Shown here piece after piece: positions 1 to 10,628 of a stretch of DNA of 64,000 nt (position 1 is its first letter; every line of letters begins with the position of its first letter). A model generated the notes under the pieces. That model was not told the DNA's origin and searched no databases. It saw nothing but the letters and a program-made list of their open reading frames with translations. This DNA is from a virus. Taxonomy: Duplodnaviria > Caudoviricetes. The DNA lies in IMG/VR virus record IMGVR_UViG_3300028048_000072, positions 32,001 to 96,000 of that record. One strand, written 5' to 3'. A program made the translations under genes and the position numbers.

Positions 1-383
1 TTTATAAATTCTTCACTTGTTACTCCTATAGAATTTAAAAATTTCATAACTTCATCATTATCCATAGGATTTTTAAGTTTTCCAATAACTTTAATAGAAG
101 GATATTTAATTTTTTTATGTTTTTCTTTAGTGTAAACGGAAAATATATCATTATATTTTCCATCCAAAATTTTACCAAATAACAATTTCTGCAAAGTAAT
201 AATATTGCCTTTAGCACCACAAGCGAAACAATGCCATAACCCCGTATCTAAATCTATATGACAACTAGGGTTATGGTCTGTATGATAAGGATTAATACAT
301 TTAAATTTTAAGGAATTCCCCATATCAACATAGGAAATTCCTTTCATATTCAAAAACGTTTTAATATCATGTTCATATTTCAT
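1..383 (-). CDS. DNA primase, N-terminal CHC2 zinc finger (runs off window start)
   Basis: Manual translation from ATG 383: ...KCINPYHTDHNPSCHIDLDTGLWHCFACGAKGN... = CHC2 zinc-binding domain; sigma70-like TTGAAT-17-TATAAT upstream on the minus strand. Confidence 0.8.
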   Translation of the reverse strand, partial: MKYEHDIKTFLNMKGISYVDMGNSLKFKCINPYHTDHNPSCHIDLDTGLWHCFACGAKGNIITLQKLLFGKILDGKYNDIFSVYTKEKHKKIKYPSIKVIGKLKNPMDNDEVMKFLNSIGVTSEEFI

Positions 384-438
384 ATGTTGATATTATAGTT
401 TATAAATTTTGTTTATTCAATCGAAAAATGAAAAAAAA

Positions 439-666
439 TTAAATATTTTGTAAAATTACAGAATATCCTTTTCTTTTTGCAGTTCCTAAAACTGATGAAA
501 TTGTTCCACCCGTTTGCATTTTATGAGTTTTATCTAAATATTTATCTACACAATTCAATATTGATTCATCATCATAATCCAACTTTTTCAATTCATCAAA
601 AATATAATCTGTAGCATCATTTTCATTTTCAATATTCATTGCTTTTTCTAAAATAGATTCAATCAT
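439..666 (-). CDS. hypothetical protein
   Basis: ORF overlapping its neighbour in a minus-strand run. Confidence 0.6.
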   Translation of the reverse strand: MIESILEKAMNIENENDATDYIFDELKKLDYDDESILNCVDKYLDKTHKMQTGGTISSVLGTAKRKGYSVILQNI

Positions 667-863
667 TTTATAAATTCCTCAACTATAATAGGTTCAAAAA
701 TTAAATAACTTTCAATCGGTTTTAATTTATCCATCATTTCTTTAGATTGTATTATAATTCCTTCATTCTTTTTTAATGCAATACTATTTATATAAATATT
801 ATCTCCATAAGGATTTTCATCTAAAAATACTTTTATAGGATAACTTAAATTAAAACCCGACAT
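663..863 (-). CDS. hypothetical protein
   Basis: ORF with AAGGA RBS. Confidence 0.6.
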   Translation of the reverse strand: MSGFNLSYPIKVFLDENPYGDNIYINSIALKKNEGIIIQSKEMMDKLKPIESYLIFEPIIVEEFIK

Positions 864-873
864 AATTCATTCC

Positions 874-1182
874 TTACATATTTGCTAATCTTTCTAAATC
901 TTCTCTAGTTTTAGGATAAGAAGATTTCCAACAATAAAAAGTTGCAGAACCTTTAGTTACAAGTTCATTTACCATATCAATATATCTTACAGAACGATGT
1001 GAATTTGCAGTATTATCTTTATTCTTAAATTTCATTCTCAACATAGCCTTTCTTAAATTTTCAGGTGTAGTTTTGATTGCAAATTTTCCATAGCCTTCTT
1101 CTGAAGATGCCATTCCCCAAACATTATCATTTGAGTAAGTCATTGTGATTGGTATTAATCTTTTGTTACTAATATTATTCAT
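874..1182 (-). CDS. hypothetical protein, probably leaderless
   Basis: ORF; TAACTAT motif 7 nt before ATG, no SD. Confidence 0.6.
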   Translation of the reverse strand: MNNISNKRLIPITMTYSNDNVWGMASSEEGYGKFAIKTTPENLRKAMLRMKFKNKDNTANSHRSVRYIDMVNELVTKGSATFYCWKSSYPKTREDLERLANM

Positions 1183-1193
1183 GAATAAAATAG

Positions 1194-1484
1194 TTATTCA
1201 TGAAGTGCATTTTCTACTAATTCTTTAAATTTAGAAAAAGTATCTTTTGTGATTTTTAAATCACCAATTTCAAATACATCAAAATCATCATCGATAGGAA
1301 CAACATAATCTTCCATTTCTGTTACATCCAAATATTCTATAGAATATTGATTTGTAGTTTTATTATAAATTAAACTCATATATTCATTTGTATCTGATAA
1401 TTCCAACTCAATAATATCTTCATTGATAATATCAATGTCGAAATCATCACTCATTTTCAACAATTCAGAAATTCCATTATCCAT
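1194..1484 (-). CDS. acidic hypothetical protein
   Basis: ORF with GGAGG RBS. Confidence 0.65.
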   Translation of the reverse strand: MDNGISELLKMSDDFDIDIINEDIIELELSDTNEYMSLIYNKTTNQYSIEYLDVTEMEDYVVPIDDDFDVFEIGDLKITKDTFSKFKELVENALHE

Positions 1485-1507
1485 ATTTAATCCTCCGATG
1501 AATGAAT

Positions 1508-2146
1508 TTATAATCTTTCTATATAACCTTGTTCAATTAATGCTTTTTTAATTGACATGGCAATTTGTTGTGTAAAAAATCCAAAATGTCTTAAAACAGA
1601 TTCAATAATTTTTGATACTTTTACATTTGGTCTATATTTATCCCAAAATTTAGGGGCAATATTACAAGGCATTAAACTCGCATTATCTAAACTTAACCAA
1701 TATGACAACCCCATCCACCAAAAAGAAGGGTCTGAACTTTTTAATTTTATATCTTCACTTAATTGAATTAATGCAACAACATCACCTTTTGTAAAATCAT
1801 TTGGTCTTTCCAATCCGAATTCTTCAATTAAATCCCAAAAATCATTTATTCTGATTGTTACCATATATTCATCGGAAATATTATTAATCATTTCTCCATT
1901 ATTACCAACTAATTCTTTTTTAACACTTCCATCTTTAGTTGCTTTTACCGCAAATAAAATATCACAATATCCTTCGTCATCAATTTCTGTAGCAATCAAT
2001 CTTATATTAGATATATCTTTACCGTTATATTTTCTTCTTAAATCGTAAAACTTTTTAAGATGCCAATTGTCATCTCCCGTATAAAATATTTTATTTATAA
2101 GTTCACTATAAGATAGATTTTCAATCAATTTTTCTGAATCGTTCAT
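1508..2146 (-). CDS. hypothetical protein with degenerate SWIM-like segment
   Basis: KLKSSDPSFWWMG...VSKIIESV resembles CxCPxF...CKH with ligands replaced; start taken as ATG 2146. Confidence 0.5.
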   Translation of the reverse strand: MNDSEKLIENLSYSELINKIFYTGDDNWHLKKFYDLRRKYNGKDISNIRLIATEIDDEGYCDILFAVKATKDGSVKKELVGNNGEMINNISDEYMVTIRINDFWDLIEEFGLERPNDFTKGDVVALIQLSEDIKLKSSDPSFWWMGLSYWLSLDNASLMPCNIAPKFWDKYRPNVKVSKIIESVLRHFGFFTQQIAMSIKKALIEQGYIERL

Positions 2147-2170
2147 ACTCAAATAGTTAATTTTATAAAA

Positions 2171-2203
2171 AAAAATAAGACACTATAAAAGTGTCTTATT
2201 TTT
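2171..2203. terminator. intrinsic terminator hairpin
   Basis: aaaaataagacac/gtgtcttattttt inverted repeat with A/T tails. Confidence 0.7.
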
Positions 2204-2210
2204 CGATTAA

Positions 2211-2639
2211 TTAAACATAATATTTTGGTTCTTTAGACCAAAATTTAAGATATTCATATGCTCTACCATAATCACTAATTTCATCAATAATATTGTCTGT
2301 ATAACTTAAATCATGACCAATAACATAATCATTAATGAAATCATTGAGCATACTTTCTACAATATCATTAATTTTTTTATATTCTTTAGATGGAAGATTT
2401 TTTAACTCAACATCATGTTCATATCCATTTTCATCCCATTCATATAATGAATAATCAAAATCATTCAATTTTGCATCTTCAACAAACAAATCCTCATTAT
2501 CGTTGAATCCATCATTATATGAGGGAGTAACTTCTGTATTGACTTTAAACCAAACATCTTTAACGCTATAACATTTATCATTTACATAAAAATATAATTC
2601 TGATAAATCTAAATATTCTGTATCATACGAATATTTCAT
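2211..2639 (-). CDS. acidic hypothetical protein
   Basis: ORF, AGGAG RBS, TAACTAT upstream. Confidence 0.65.
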   Translation of the reverse strand: MKYSYDTEYLDLSELYFYVNDKCYSVKDVWFKVNTEVTPSYNDGFNDNEDLFVEDAKLNDFDYSLYEWDENGYEHDVELKNLPSKEYKKINDIVESMLNDFINDYVIGHDLSYTDNIIDEISDYGRAYEYLKFWSKEPKYYV

Positions 2640-2668
2640 AAATAATTCTCCTTTATAATATCATATAG

Positions 2669-2950
2669 TTATTTTTCAGAGTATCTAAACAGTAAATCAT
2701 CAATTTTATCATTCATTTCTGAAATATCTACATTTGGTAAATATTCCAAACATTTCATATCATAATTATCTGAATTAGGATAAATAATTTCCCCTAAAAC
2801 AATAATTGTAAACTTTGATTCATTTTCTCTATAAGTTTGAATACTTACTCGTGTAAAAACTTTTACACCGTCAATTATTTCTTCTCTATCTTGTGTTCTA
2901 AGATATTCAGTTGGAAATTTACACATATTATCTTCCTTTTGCCATTTCAT
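2669..2950 (-). CDS. hypothetical protein
   Basis: ORF overlapping the upstream gene. Confidence 0.55.
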   Translation of the reverse strand: MKWQKEDNMCKFPTEYLRTQDREEIIDGVKVFTRVSIQTYRENESKFTIIVLGEIIYPNSDNYDMKCLEYLPNVDISEMNDKIDDLLFRYSEK

Positions 2951-3464
2951 CTAGTCTATTAATTCTGTCTGTTCCTAATATTTGTTCCCACATATGATGA
3001 TGTTCTGTTTCTGAAATTCTAATATTTGTTCCAATCCAACATCTATCATCTAATGTGGAATGTAATGCTCTAGGTAAAAGAACAATATTATCTTCAACAT
3101 AAGCCATTTCGGGATGAACACTTCTTTCTTTATAATGACAAGCATCAAATCCATTAGTTATCCACCCATATTCTCTTAAAATTTGTTGTTGCCAAGCATC
3201 TAATATTACAAAAAATTCAAGATATGGTTTTAAATCATGTTTAATATGTACATTTCTCATTGCAGTTTCAACTTTGAAAACATATTCACTAGGAGTATCT
3301 TCATCATATTCTTCATTCAATTTTTCCATTTTAGTACAATAATTTTCATACTTAGATTTTAACTGATTATCTGTATAATCAGTTTTCCAAGTATTTTGTG
3401 GAAACGGTAAACAATGATTTTCTTTATAATAATCAAAATATTCCTTTTCTGTTAAAACATACAT
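2928..3464 (-). CDS. HNH/NinG-like nuclease
   Basis: FDACHYKERSVHPEMAYVEDNIVLLPRALH resembles the His-Me finger DxxH...N...H pattern. Confidence 0.5.
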   Translation of the reverse strand: MYVLTEKEYFDYYKENHCLPFPQNTWKTDYTDNQLKSKYENYCTKMEKLNEEYDEDTPSEYVFKVETAMRNVHIKHDLKPYLEFFVILDAWQQQILREYGWITNGFDACHYKERSVHPEMAYVEDNIVLLPRALHSTLDDRCWIGTNIRISETEHHHMWEQILGTDRINRLDEMAKGR

Positions 3465-3592
3465 ATCAAAATCCTCACTACAATAATAGTGAAGATTTCA
3501 AATAATTGCAAATATTATTTATAAATTTTATTAAATTACTATTCAAATAAATACTTGTATACAATTATACACCTATACAAAACTACTATAAA

Positions 3593-4561
3593 TTACACCC
3601 TTTTTAATTCTTCTCCATCCAACATAGAAAAAATATCACCTTCTTTAGATTCAAGTTTAATTCTATCATCAAACTTACCTACAACATTTAATGTTGCATA
3701 AATCATAGAAAGTTTATTTTTCTTAAACTCACATTTTTGTGAAAATGAAGAAAGTTGCGTAGATGAAATATCTGCATTTTTTACCAAGTTCCAATTAAGA
3801 TGAATATTATTTTCTTCTTTTTCAATTTTCATTCTCCATCCCATATCCAAAAAATCTAATTCAGATACATGAGCAATGAAATCATTAGGATTATCAAATT
3901 TTGAAATAATTTCTTTAAAAAAAGGTTTTGGTAAATTCTTTAATGCACCGATGATATTATCACTATTATCACCATAAAAAGTTTTATAAAAACAAATATT
4001 TGAATAACTTGCTTCAAAATTCATTCTTTCCAAAAATAATTCTTTTGTCCAAATTTCTTTACCTTTATATTGATGTACATTATCTGCCAAATTTCTACAC
4101 CAATCCATATCATCAGAAATCATCAATACTTTATCTGTATCTTTTACTTTTGCTTTAATTAAAGGTGAACAATAATCATCTGCTTCTAGAAATTGAATTC
4201 TATACAATTCACCGTCAATATAATTTGTTAAAATTAATTGAATAAAATCTAATTCTCTATAAAACCAATCAGGTTGAATCTGTCTTTTCTTTTTATATTC
4301 TTCTGATAAAACTTTTCTATATCTTGTAACTGATGTTTTTGCATTATCCATTAAGAATATCAATTTAACATCTTCTTTACCATACTTAGAAATATATGAA
4401 TTTATCATCTGCATAAATTTAACAATACCATTTGTATGTATTATTTCTTTTGTTTGTGAATCTTTAATTGTATCAGAACCATTCTTTTCTGCCACATAAG
4501 ATGCTCTATAAAAAATATTATAACAATCAAAAATGATAAAATCATATATACCTTTATTCAT
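3593..4561 (-). CDS. 5'-3' exonuclease / T4 RNase H-like (FEN family)
   Basis: FDCYNIFYRA, EADD, ISDDMD, GDNSDNI motifs. Confidence 0.9.
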   Translation of the reverse strand: MNKGIYDFIIFDCYNIFYRASYVAEKNGSDTIKDSQTKEIIHTNGIVKFMQMINSYISKYGKEDVKLIFLMDNAKTSVTRYRKVLSEEYKKKRQIQPDWFYRELDFIQLILTNYIDGELYRIQFLEADDYCSPLIKAKVKDTDKVLMISDDMDWCRNLADNVHQYKGKEIWTKELFLERMNFEASYSNICFYKTFYGDNSDNIIGALKNLPKPFFKEIISKFDNPNDFIAHVSELDFLDMGWRMKIEKEENNIHLNWNLVKNADISSTQLSSFSQKCEFKKNKLSMIYATLNVVGKFDDRIKLESKEGDIFSMLDGEELKRV

Positions 4562-4573
4562 ATATTCTCCTAA

Positions 4574-5110
4574 TTAATTCTTTGTGATATTTGAAACAAA
4601 ATGAACGGATTTCCAAAATAAATCCCACTCACCTTTTTTAATATGTTCCATTAAAAATACCAATGGAATTTTACATTTATATTTTTCAATAGATGATGTT
4701 TCAAAATTAAAAATATCCATTTCATTGAACTTGTTATGAATTCTTTCCAATCTTCCGTATTTATTTGTAACGGTTTTTTTAGAAAGAATAATATCATTCA
4801 ATACCTTACCTTCTTCAATCAATTTATCTATTTCTTCTGTAGATAAATTTACTTCTTCCGTTTTATATATGATAGGATATGAATTCAACAATTTATTTTT
4901 AATTTCAGAAATTACATCTTTTTTATCTTTAGTTGGGTCTAACATTACTTCAATTTCATTATCATCTGTCAGAATTACAATCTTTTCAATTTCGGGAATG
5001 TATGTAATTTTTGGTTGTAAAGGACATTTAGAACAAAAATTACTTAATGATGATAAAAATTTTTTTCCATAACTTCCTAAATTTTTTATTTCCAAATTTT
5101 TCATAGCCAT
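4574..5110 (-). CDS. hypothetical protein
   Basis: ORF with GGAG RBS. Confidence 0.65.
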   Translation of the reverse strand: MAMKNLEIKNLGSYGKKFLSSLSNFCSKCPLQPKITYIPEIEKIVILTDDNEIEVMLDPTKDKKDVISEIKNKLLNSYPIIYKTEEVNLSTEEIDKLIEEGKVLNDIILSKKTVTNKYGRLERIHNKFNEMDIFNFETSSIEKYKCKIPLVFLMEHIKKGEWDLFWKSVHFVSNITKN

Positions 5111-5121
5111 ATTTTCTCCAA

Positions 5122-5153
5122 CAGAATCACCTTAAATTAATAAGGTGATTCTG
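5122..5153. terminator. perfect 13-bp inverted repeat (terminator-like)
   Basis: cagaatcacctta/taaggtgattctg. Confidence 0.6.
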
Positions 5154-5161
5154 AAAAACAA

Positions 5162-6220
5162 CTAAGCATTAATCTTAGTCAAAATTGTTTCTTCTTCATC
5201 TGAAAGTTTAATGATAAACAATTTCTTACTAGAATCCTTACTTGCAAAAATAGAAACTGTAGTTTTATCTTTAGCAAGTTTAGAAAGAATATCCATTACA
5301 TTTGTACAATTGAATGGAAGTCTATATTCTGCATCCAAATGTTCTTCATTAATCTTTTCAATCTTAATATCAACAATATTATTTTCAGAACATGACAAAC
5401 TTGCTTTACCATCATGATAATTCAAGAAAATTACATTAGATGGTGAGTTTTTCGCATAAAATGACATAAATGTAAGTTTATTCATAAATTCTGCAACATC
5501 TACAACAATTTCAGTTGTATTCATAACATCATCACATTTTGACTTAAATTTTTCTTCCAAAACGGGAAGATAATCTACATCACGATTTGAACATACATAA
5601 ATTTCTACATTATCTTTAATAAGAAGATAAGAATCAGAATTATTAAACAATTGTGTACCGATTCCCATTGTAAAAATATTTTTAATTACTTCATTTGAAA
5701 TGATTGTATCTGAAACATTTTCAATCTTTCCAAGATAAATTCTGTTAGAAGATGAAGAAAAAATATAACCGTCTTTAATATGAAGATAACGGCTATTTAC
5801 ATTAATTGCATTTTCATCAATATAAATTGAAGCCTTATTAAAAGTTTTCAAAATATTTTCATCTACGGTAAACATAGGTGTATATTCATCTTTCTGTTCA
5901 AAAGCAACTTTCAAAGAATCCAACACATCAATAAAATCATCGTTCTTTGTGAATTTACCTTTTGCTACACCCGCAATATAAGAATAATCAGATTTCAATT
6001 CTACATTATCTGCAAAAGAACAGATATGAATAAAATCATTATTACTGATTACAAATACTTTTTCATCTGTAACATCTTCAAAAGGAACGTTCAATCTCAA
6101 CGTTGTATGTTCATTAGAAAAATAAATCTTCTGATTTGCTACATCGATATAGACATAATCAGAACCCACAGAACAAATTGACTTCAAATTGTTCTTAATC
6201 TCAAATGTACTAAATTTCAT
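5162..6220 (-). CDS. sliding clamp, DNA Pol III beta-like
   Basis: 352 aa, three-domain beta-clamp-like pattern (SSSSNRI at the ATDxHRL position, PFNCTNVMDIL at the FNxxYLxD position); DnaX-like loader in the same window. Confidence 0.6.
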   Translation of the reverse strand: MKFSTFEIKNNLKSICSVGSDYVYIDVANQKIYFSNEHTTLRLNVPFEDVTDEKVFVISNNDFIHICSFADNVELKSDYSYIAGVAKGKFTKNDDFIDVLDSLKVAFEQKDEYTPMFTVDENILKTFNKASIYIDENAINVNSRYLHIKDGYIFSSSSNRIYLGKIENVSDTIISNEVIKNIFTMGIGTQLFNNSDSYLLIKDNVEIYVCSNRDVDYLPVLEEKFKSKCDDVMNTTEIVVDVAEFMNKLTFMSFYAKNSPSNVIFLNYHDGKASLSCSENNIVDIKIEKINEEHLDAEYRLPFNCTNVMDILSKLAKDKTTVSIFASKDSSKKLFIIKLSDEEETILTKINA

Positions 6221-6292
6221 ATTTTAGTAACCTCCACCATATTTATATTGTATATTAAATTATAAAATTTTTAGATTTACATGTCAAATTAT

Positions 6293-6610
6293 TTATCTTT
6301 TTTTATCCATTTCCAACAAACCATTTATCGCATACTGATATTTAAATAAATCAATTTCTTCATCAGTAATACTATCTAGAAATTCATCTGTTTTATTTTC
6401 ATCTACAATAATTGATTTAAATTCTTCTTCAAATAAAGGTAAATATTTTGAATTTTCATCCATCAATTCTTCTTCTTTACAATTATATTTTGAAAGAAAT
6501 CTAAAGAACAATGTATATTTTATAAGTTCAAACATAAAATTTAAAAGTTCCATTTTCTTAAAATTTCTGCCATTAATGTTTTTTGACATTTTCTTTGCTT
6601 TACTACTCAT
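6293..6610 (-). CDS. hypothetical protein
   Basis: ORF, GGAGG RBS, TAACTAT upstream. Confidence 0.65.
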   Translation of the reverse strand: MSSKAKKMSKNINGRNFKKMELLNFMFELIKYTLFFRFLSKYNCKEEELMDENSKYLPLFEEEFKSIIVDENKTDEFLDSITDEEIDLFKYQYAINGLLEMDKKR

Positions 6611-6648
6611 ATTAAAAAATCCTCCAAAAGATTATATTATAATAGTTA

Positions 6649-6677
6649 TTGACATTATATTTCATATTATCTACAAT
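6649..6677 (+). promoter_or_regulatory. sigma70-type promoter
   Basis: TTGACA-17-TACAAT. Confidence 0.7.
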
Positions 6678-6712
6678 GTAAGTTGGATATATTATATTTA
6701 AGGAGTTATGTT

Positions 6713-7948
6713 TTGGCAACAATAATAGATTTTAACTTAGAATTAAGTAGAAGAATGTCATTATTTAAAGAAAAATGTGAAACAAGATATAATATGGATG
6801 GCACAAGTCAAAACATCTATCATTTTGATAATAAATCATTTTTTGTATTAAAAGAATCATTGATGCAAAACGGACAAATTGGATTTTATATTAAATTAAA
6901 AGAAAATGGAGAATATAAATTCTGTACGGATGTTTCTAAAGAAGAAATTGAAAAAGAAATTACAAAATACAATGAATTTGATTTAGAACGATTATTTAGC
7001 AGAATGTATTTTAAATGTTATTGTATTGAATCAAAATTACCTACAACATTTTATTTGAATGGTAGTTATGTAAATACAGATGTTCATCGAGCATGGCAAA
7101 AAAGAGATGAACATTATCAACAATATATTTTAGCAAAAAATAAAGAAGATTTTAAAAAATTAGTAAAAGAACATGATGAAACAAAACGTGCAATCATGGC
7201 TAGAAAAATACAAACAAGAATCAGATTCTCAAAATTAGGAAATGGTGAGAAAGCATATTTAAGTATTCATTGTCATAATAATATTGTATGTAGAAAAATG
7301 ATGACTTCAATTCAATATGTAGTAGAATTTAGAAAAGAATTTTTAAATGCTTTTAATTCTCAAACCAAATTTAAAACATTAGAAACATTCCTTTCTCATG
7401 AAACATTCTTTCAACTTTTAATGAAAAATTCTTATTTTTATCAAAATGATTATGTTACTCCAACTAAATCATTTATTAGTAGAGAATTCAGTAAATTTAA
7501 AGCATTAGTTATTAAAATTTTAAAAGGTGGAATTATTCAAAAATTTACTAAAGAAGAAATGGAATTTTCGGGATATTTAGATAATGGAATTAATAAAAAA
7601 TACTCTTTAGAAGTTAAAAATAGAACTTTATATGAAAGATTTAGTATGTATTTTACTGATTTAGTTCAATATTTTGATAAAAAATTTGATTTAAAAAAAT
7701 TTAAAAATTATTATTTGTCCTTATTTAATATTGTTAATAAAGAGTGTTTTCCTTCTGTAAAATTTCTTGGATTATACAAAGTCTACGAAAAGTTGCAAGA
7801 AAAAGTAAAAAAAGAGTATGACGAACGTACTTACGGATGGCATACTACTCAAAATGGTGCAGTTTGGGATACAAAAGCCTTTGAATTACATATGAAATAC
7901 CTAAAACGTAAATTTGCAATAGAAGCATCGAAAAAATCAGAAAAATAA
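6713..7948 (+). CDS. large basic hypothetical protein
   Basis: Long ORF; AAGGAG then TTG at 6713 is the likely start; no motif recognised. Confidence 0.65.
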   Translation: MATIIDFNLELSRRMSLFKEKCETRYNMDGTSQNIYHFDNKSFFVLKESLMQNGQIGFYIKLKENGEYKFCTDVSKEEIEKEITKYNEFDLERLFSRMYFKCYCIESKLPTTFYLNGSYVNTDVHRAWQKRDEHYQQYILAKNKEDFKKLVKEHDETKRAIMARKIQTRIRFSKLGNGEKAYLSIHCHNNIVCRKMMTSIQYVVEFRKEFLNAFNSQTKFKTLETFLSHETFFQLLMKNSYFYQNDYVTPTKSFISREFSKFKALVIKILKGGIIQKFTKEEMEFSGYLDNGINKKYSLEVKNRTLYERFSMYFTDLVQYFDKKFDLKKFKNYYLSLFNIVNKECFPSVKFLGLYKVYEKLQEKVKKEYDERTYGWHTTQNGAVWDTKAFELHMKYLKRKFAIEASKKSEK

Positions 7949-7959
7949 TGGATTTTTCA

Positions 7960-7988
7960 TTGACTTTTTATGTTCTCATAAATATACT
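7960..7988 (+). promoter_or_regulatory. sigma70-type promoter
   Basis: TTGACT-17-TATACT. Confidence 0.7.
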
Positions 7989-8025
7989 CTTATATAAGAT
8001 TTTATAAGTGTGAGGATAATGTAAT

Positions 8026-10617
8026 ATGAGTAAACTTCAATTGAGAAGTTTGGAAGAAATTAAAACAAAATATCCTTATTTGGATATTAATGATAAGTAT
8101 AAACAGATTTTTAATATTCTTGAAAATACAAATGATATGTTGAATATTGTAGGGGAAGCGGGTTGTGGAAAAGCACAACCTTTAGATACAATTATTCCTA
8201 CACCTAATGGATATAAAAGATTTGGTGATTTGAAAGTAGGTGATTACGTTTTTGACAGAAACGGAAAACCAACAAAAGTAATCGGTGTTTATCCTAGAGG
8301 TAAACTTGATTTATATAAGGTTACTCTTTCAGATGGTAGAGAAACATTTTGTAACGATGACCATTTGTGGTCTTATTATACATCTAGGGGAAATCTTAAA
8401 ACTGTTTCACTTAGAGAAATGATTGATAAAGGAATCATTAAAGAAACTCGTTCTAAAAACGATAATCGTATAAGAAAAAATTGTAGATTTAAAATTCCTA
8501 CACATAATCAAGTTGAATTTAATTTTCATGATAAATTACCAATTGACCCTTATGTGATAGGGGCATTTATCGGAAACGGATGTAATTTAGAAAAACAATT
8601 ATCATTTTCTAGTAATGATGAATTTACTGTATCGGAATGTTCTAAACTTTTAAATTTTGATTACGATAAATTATCTGATAAAAATTATACATGGGTCTTT
8701 AGATATAAAGAAAAATGTGAAAATCCTAATAAAATTAGACCTCAAACATTGGAAATTTTTTCTGAATTTAAAAATGAACTTTGTGTTAAATCTAATTTAA
8801 AAAGAATACCACAAATATATAAAACTTCATCGATTAAAAATCGATTGTCTTTAATTCAAGGTCTGTTTGATACAGATGGTAGTATTACAGAAAGTGATGG
8901 AAGAATGAATTTATCATATTCTACAACTTCTATAAATTTAGCAAACGATATTAAGGAAGTTCTTTTATCATTAGGATATGTATCATCAATTCACCTTTAT
9001 AAAAGAGATAATAAAAACGATTGTTATACTCTTAATGTAAACATTAATGATTTTGAAAAATATAATTTTTTTAGACTTCCTAGAAAGTTAGAAAAAATAA
9101 AATGTAGAAATAAAAATAGAAATTATAATATGGTTGGAATTAAAAAAGTTACTCCAATGAACACAAAAGTTGAAATGATGTGCATTAAAGTAGATAATGA
9201 TGAAGAATTATATCTTACAAATGATTACATTGTAACACATAACACTACACTACTTGAAATCCTAAATTTTGCCATTAAAGGTAATGTTATGATTTGTGCG
9301 AGTACGGGTGTTGCTAGTTCATTACTTTCATCTGCAGATGGTGTTTTTGCTACTACAATTCATTCTGCTTTTAATATTGCACCACAGACAATTTATTCTA
9401 ATAGTTTTCCTAAATTAAATTTTCTTAAAAAAGAAGTAATTAGTAATACAGATTGTTTGATTATAGATGAAATGTCTATGGTAAACGCATCTTTATTTGA
9501 TTATCTTATTAATTTAATCAAATATACTCGGCATGGTAGTTTACCTAGAATTATTTTGTTTTCTGATATTTTGCAGTTAGAGCCTGTAATTGGAAATAAT
9601 GATGTTGTAACCAATTATTTTAAAAACCTTTATAAAGGAAATGTTTTTTATTTTAATTCAAATGCTTTTAAGGATTTAAATTTCAAAACAATTCTTTTGA
9701 ATAAAGTTTATAGACAGAATGGAGATAATGAATTTAAAGATATTCTCAATAGAATTCGTGTAGGAAAAGCAACAAGATATGATTTGGATAAATTAAATAC
9801 TAGAGTTGCTACAGAAGATGAAGAATTGTATTGGGAAATTGACCATCCAACTTCATTAAAAATTGTTACTACCAATAAGAACGCAGAAAGATATAATAAT
9901 ATGCGATATGAATTATTGGAAGGTGAAGAATTTATATATAGAGCAAATATGACAGAATCGTTTGTTGCATCTGATTTATATAAAAGTGGTTTATACCCTG
10001 AAGAAATTAAATTAAAAATTGGTGCATCAGTAATGATTTTGAAAAACGATATTAATAAAGAATATGTAAACGGTGATATGGGTATCGTTGAATCATGTGA
10101 TGTTGAAAATAGAACTGTTCGTGTAAAACTTAATAGTGGTAAACTTGTTACCGTTCATGAATATGAAACAGATGAATATGACTATTATGTTGAAAAAAAT
10201 GATGATGGTAGTACATCAGTATATACTAGAGTTAAATCTTCATATATAAATGTTCCGTTAAAATTAGCTTATGCTACAACAGTTCATAAATCACAAGGTT
10301 TGACATTAGATTATGGATGTTTTGATAAGGGAAGTTGGGTAACTAATGCTAGTGTTTATGTTGCTTTATCAAGATTTAAAAGATTAGAAGGATTCATTTT
10401 AAGTAAACCATTGGAAATGAAAGATATTCTGATTAATGATGAAGCATTGAGTTTCTTAAACAATGTAGAATCAGAAAATAATTCAATATTGGATGATAAA
10501 GAATATGTTGAAGAAAAAGAAGAAAAGAAAGATATAAGAAGTGAATTTTTATCTAAATTGGAAAGTTTAGATGAAGGTAAATTAAATAAACTGATGAAAT
10601 TAATAGACAATGTATAA
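8026..10617 (+). CDS. PIF1/RecD-like SF1B helicase with intein
   Basis: GEAGCGK|T Walker A, IIDEMSM, DILQLEPV, VYRQ, YATTVHKSQGLT, YVALSR. Confidence 0.9.
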   Translation: MSKLQLRSLEEIKTKYPYLDINDKYKQIFNILENTNDMLNIVGEAGCGKAQPLDTIIPTPNGYKRFGDLKVGDYVFDRNGKPTKVIGVYPRGKLDLYKVTLSDGRETFCNDDHLWSYYTSRGNLKTVSLREMIDKGIIKETRSKNDNRIRKNCRFKIPTHNQVEFNFHDKLPIDPYVIGAFIGNGCNLEKQLSFSSNDEFTVSECSKLLNFDYDKLSDKNYTWVFRYKEKCENPNKIRPQTLEIFSEFKNELCVKSNLKRIPQIYKTSSIKNRLSLIQGLFDTDGSITESDGRMNLSYSTTSINLANDIKEVLLSLGYVSSIHLYKRDNKNDCYTLNVNINDFEKYNFFRLPRKLEKIKCRNKNRNYNMVGIKKVTPMNTKVEMMCIKVDNDEELYLTNDYIVTHNTTLLEILNFAIKGNVMICASTGVASSLLSSADGVFATTIHSAFNIAPQTIYSNSFPKLNFLKKEVISNTDCLIIDEMSMVNASLFDYLINLIKYTRHGSLPRIILFSDILQLEPVIGNNDVVTNYFKNLYKGNVFYFNSNAFKDLNFKTILLNKVYRQNGDNEFKDILNRIRVGKATRYDLDKLNTRVATEDEELYWEIDHPTSLKIVTTNKNAERYNNMRYELLEGEEFIYRANMTESFVASDLYKSGLYPEEIKLKIGASVMILKNDINKEYVNGDMGIVESCDVENRTVRVKLNSGKLVTVHEYETDEYDYYVEKNDDGSTSVYTRVKSSYINVPLKLAYATTVHKSQGLTLDYGCFDKGSWVTNASVYVALSRFKRLEGFILSKPLEMKDILINDEALSFLNNVESENNSILDDKEYVEEKEEKKDIRSEFLSKLESLDEGKLNKLMKLIDNV
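8173..9243 (+). mobile_element. class 3 intein with LAGLIDADG endonuclease (Ala1) in helicase P-loop
   Basis: AQPL start, DHLW (block B), MMCIKV (block F), THN|T end; IGAFIGNG and QGLFDTDG motifs. Confidence 0.9.
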
Positions 10618-10628
10618 AGGAGAAAAAT

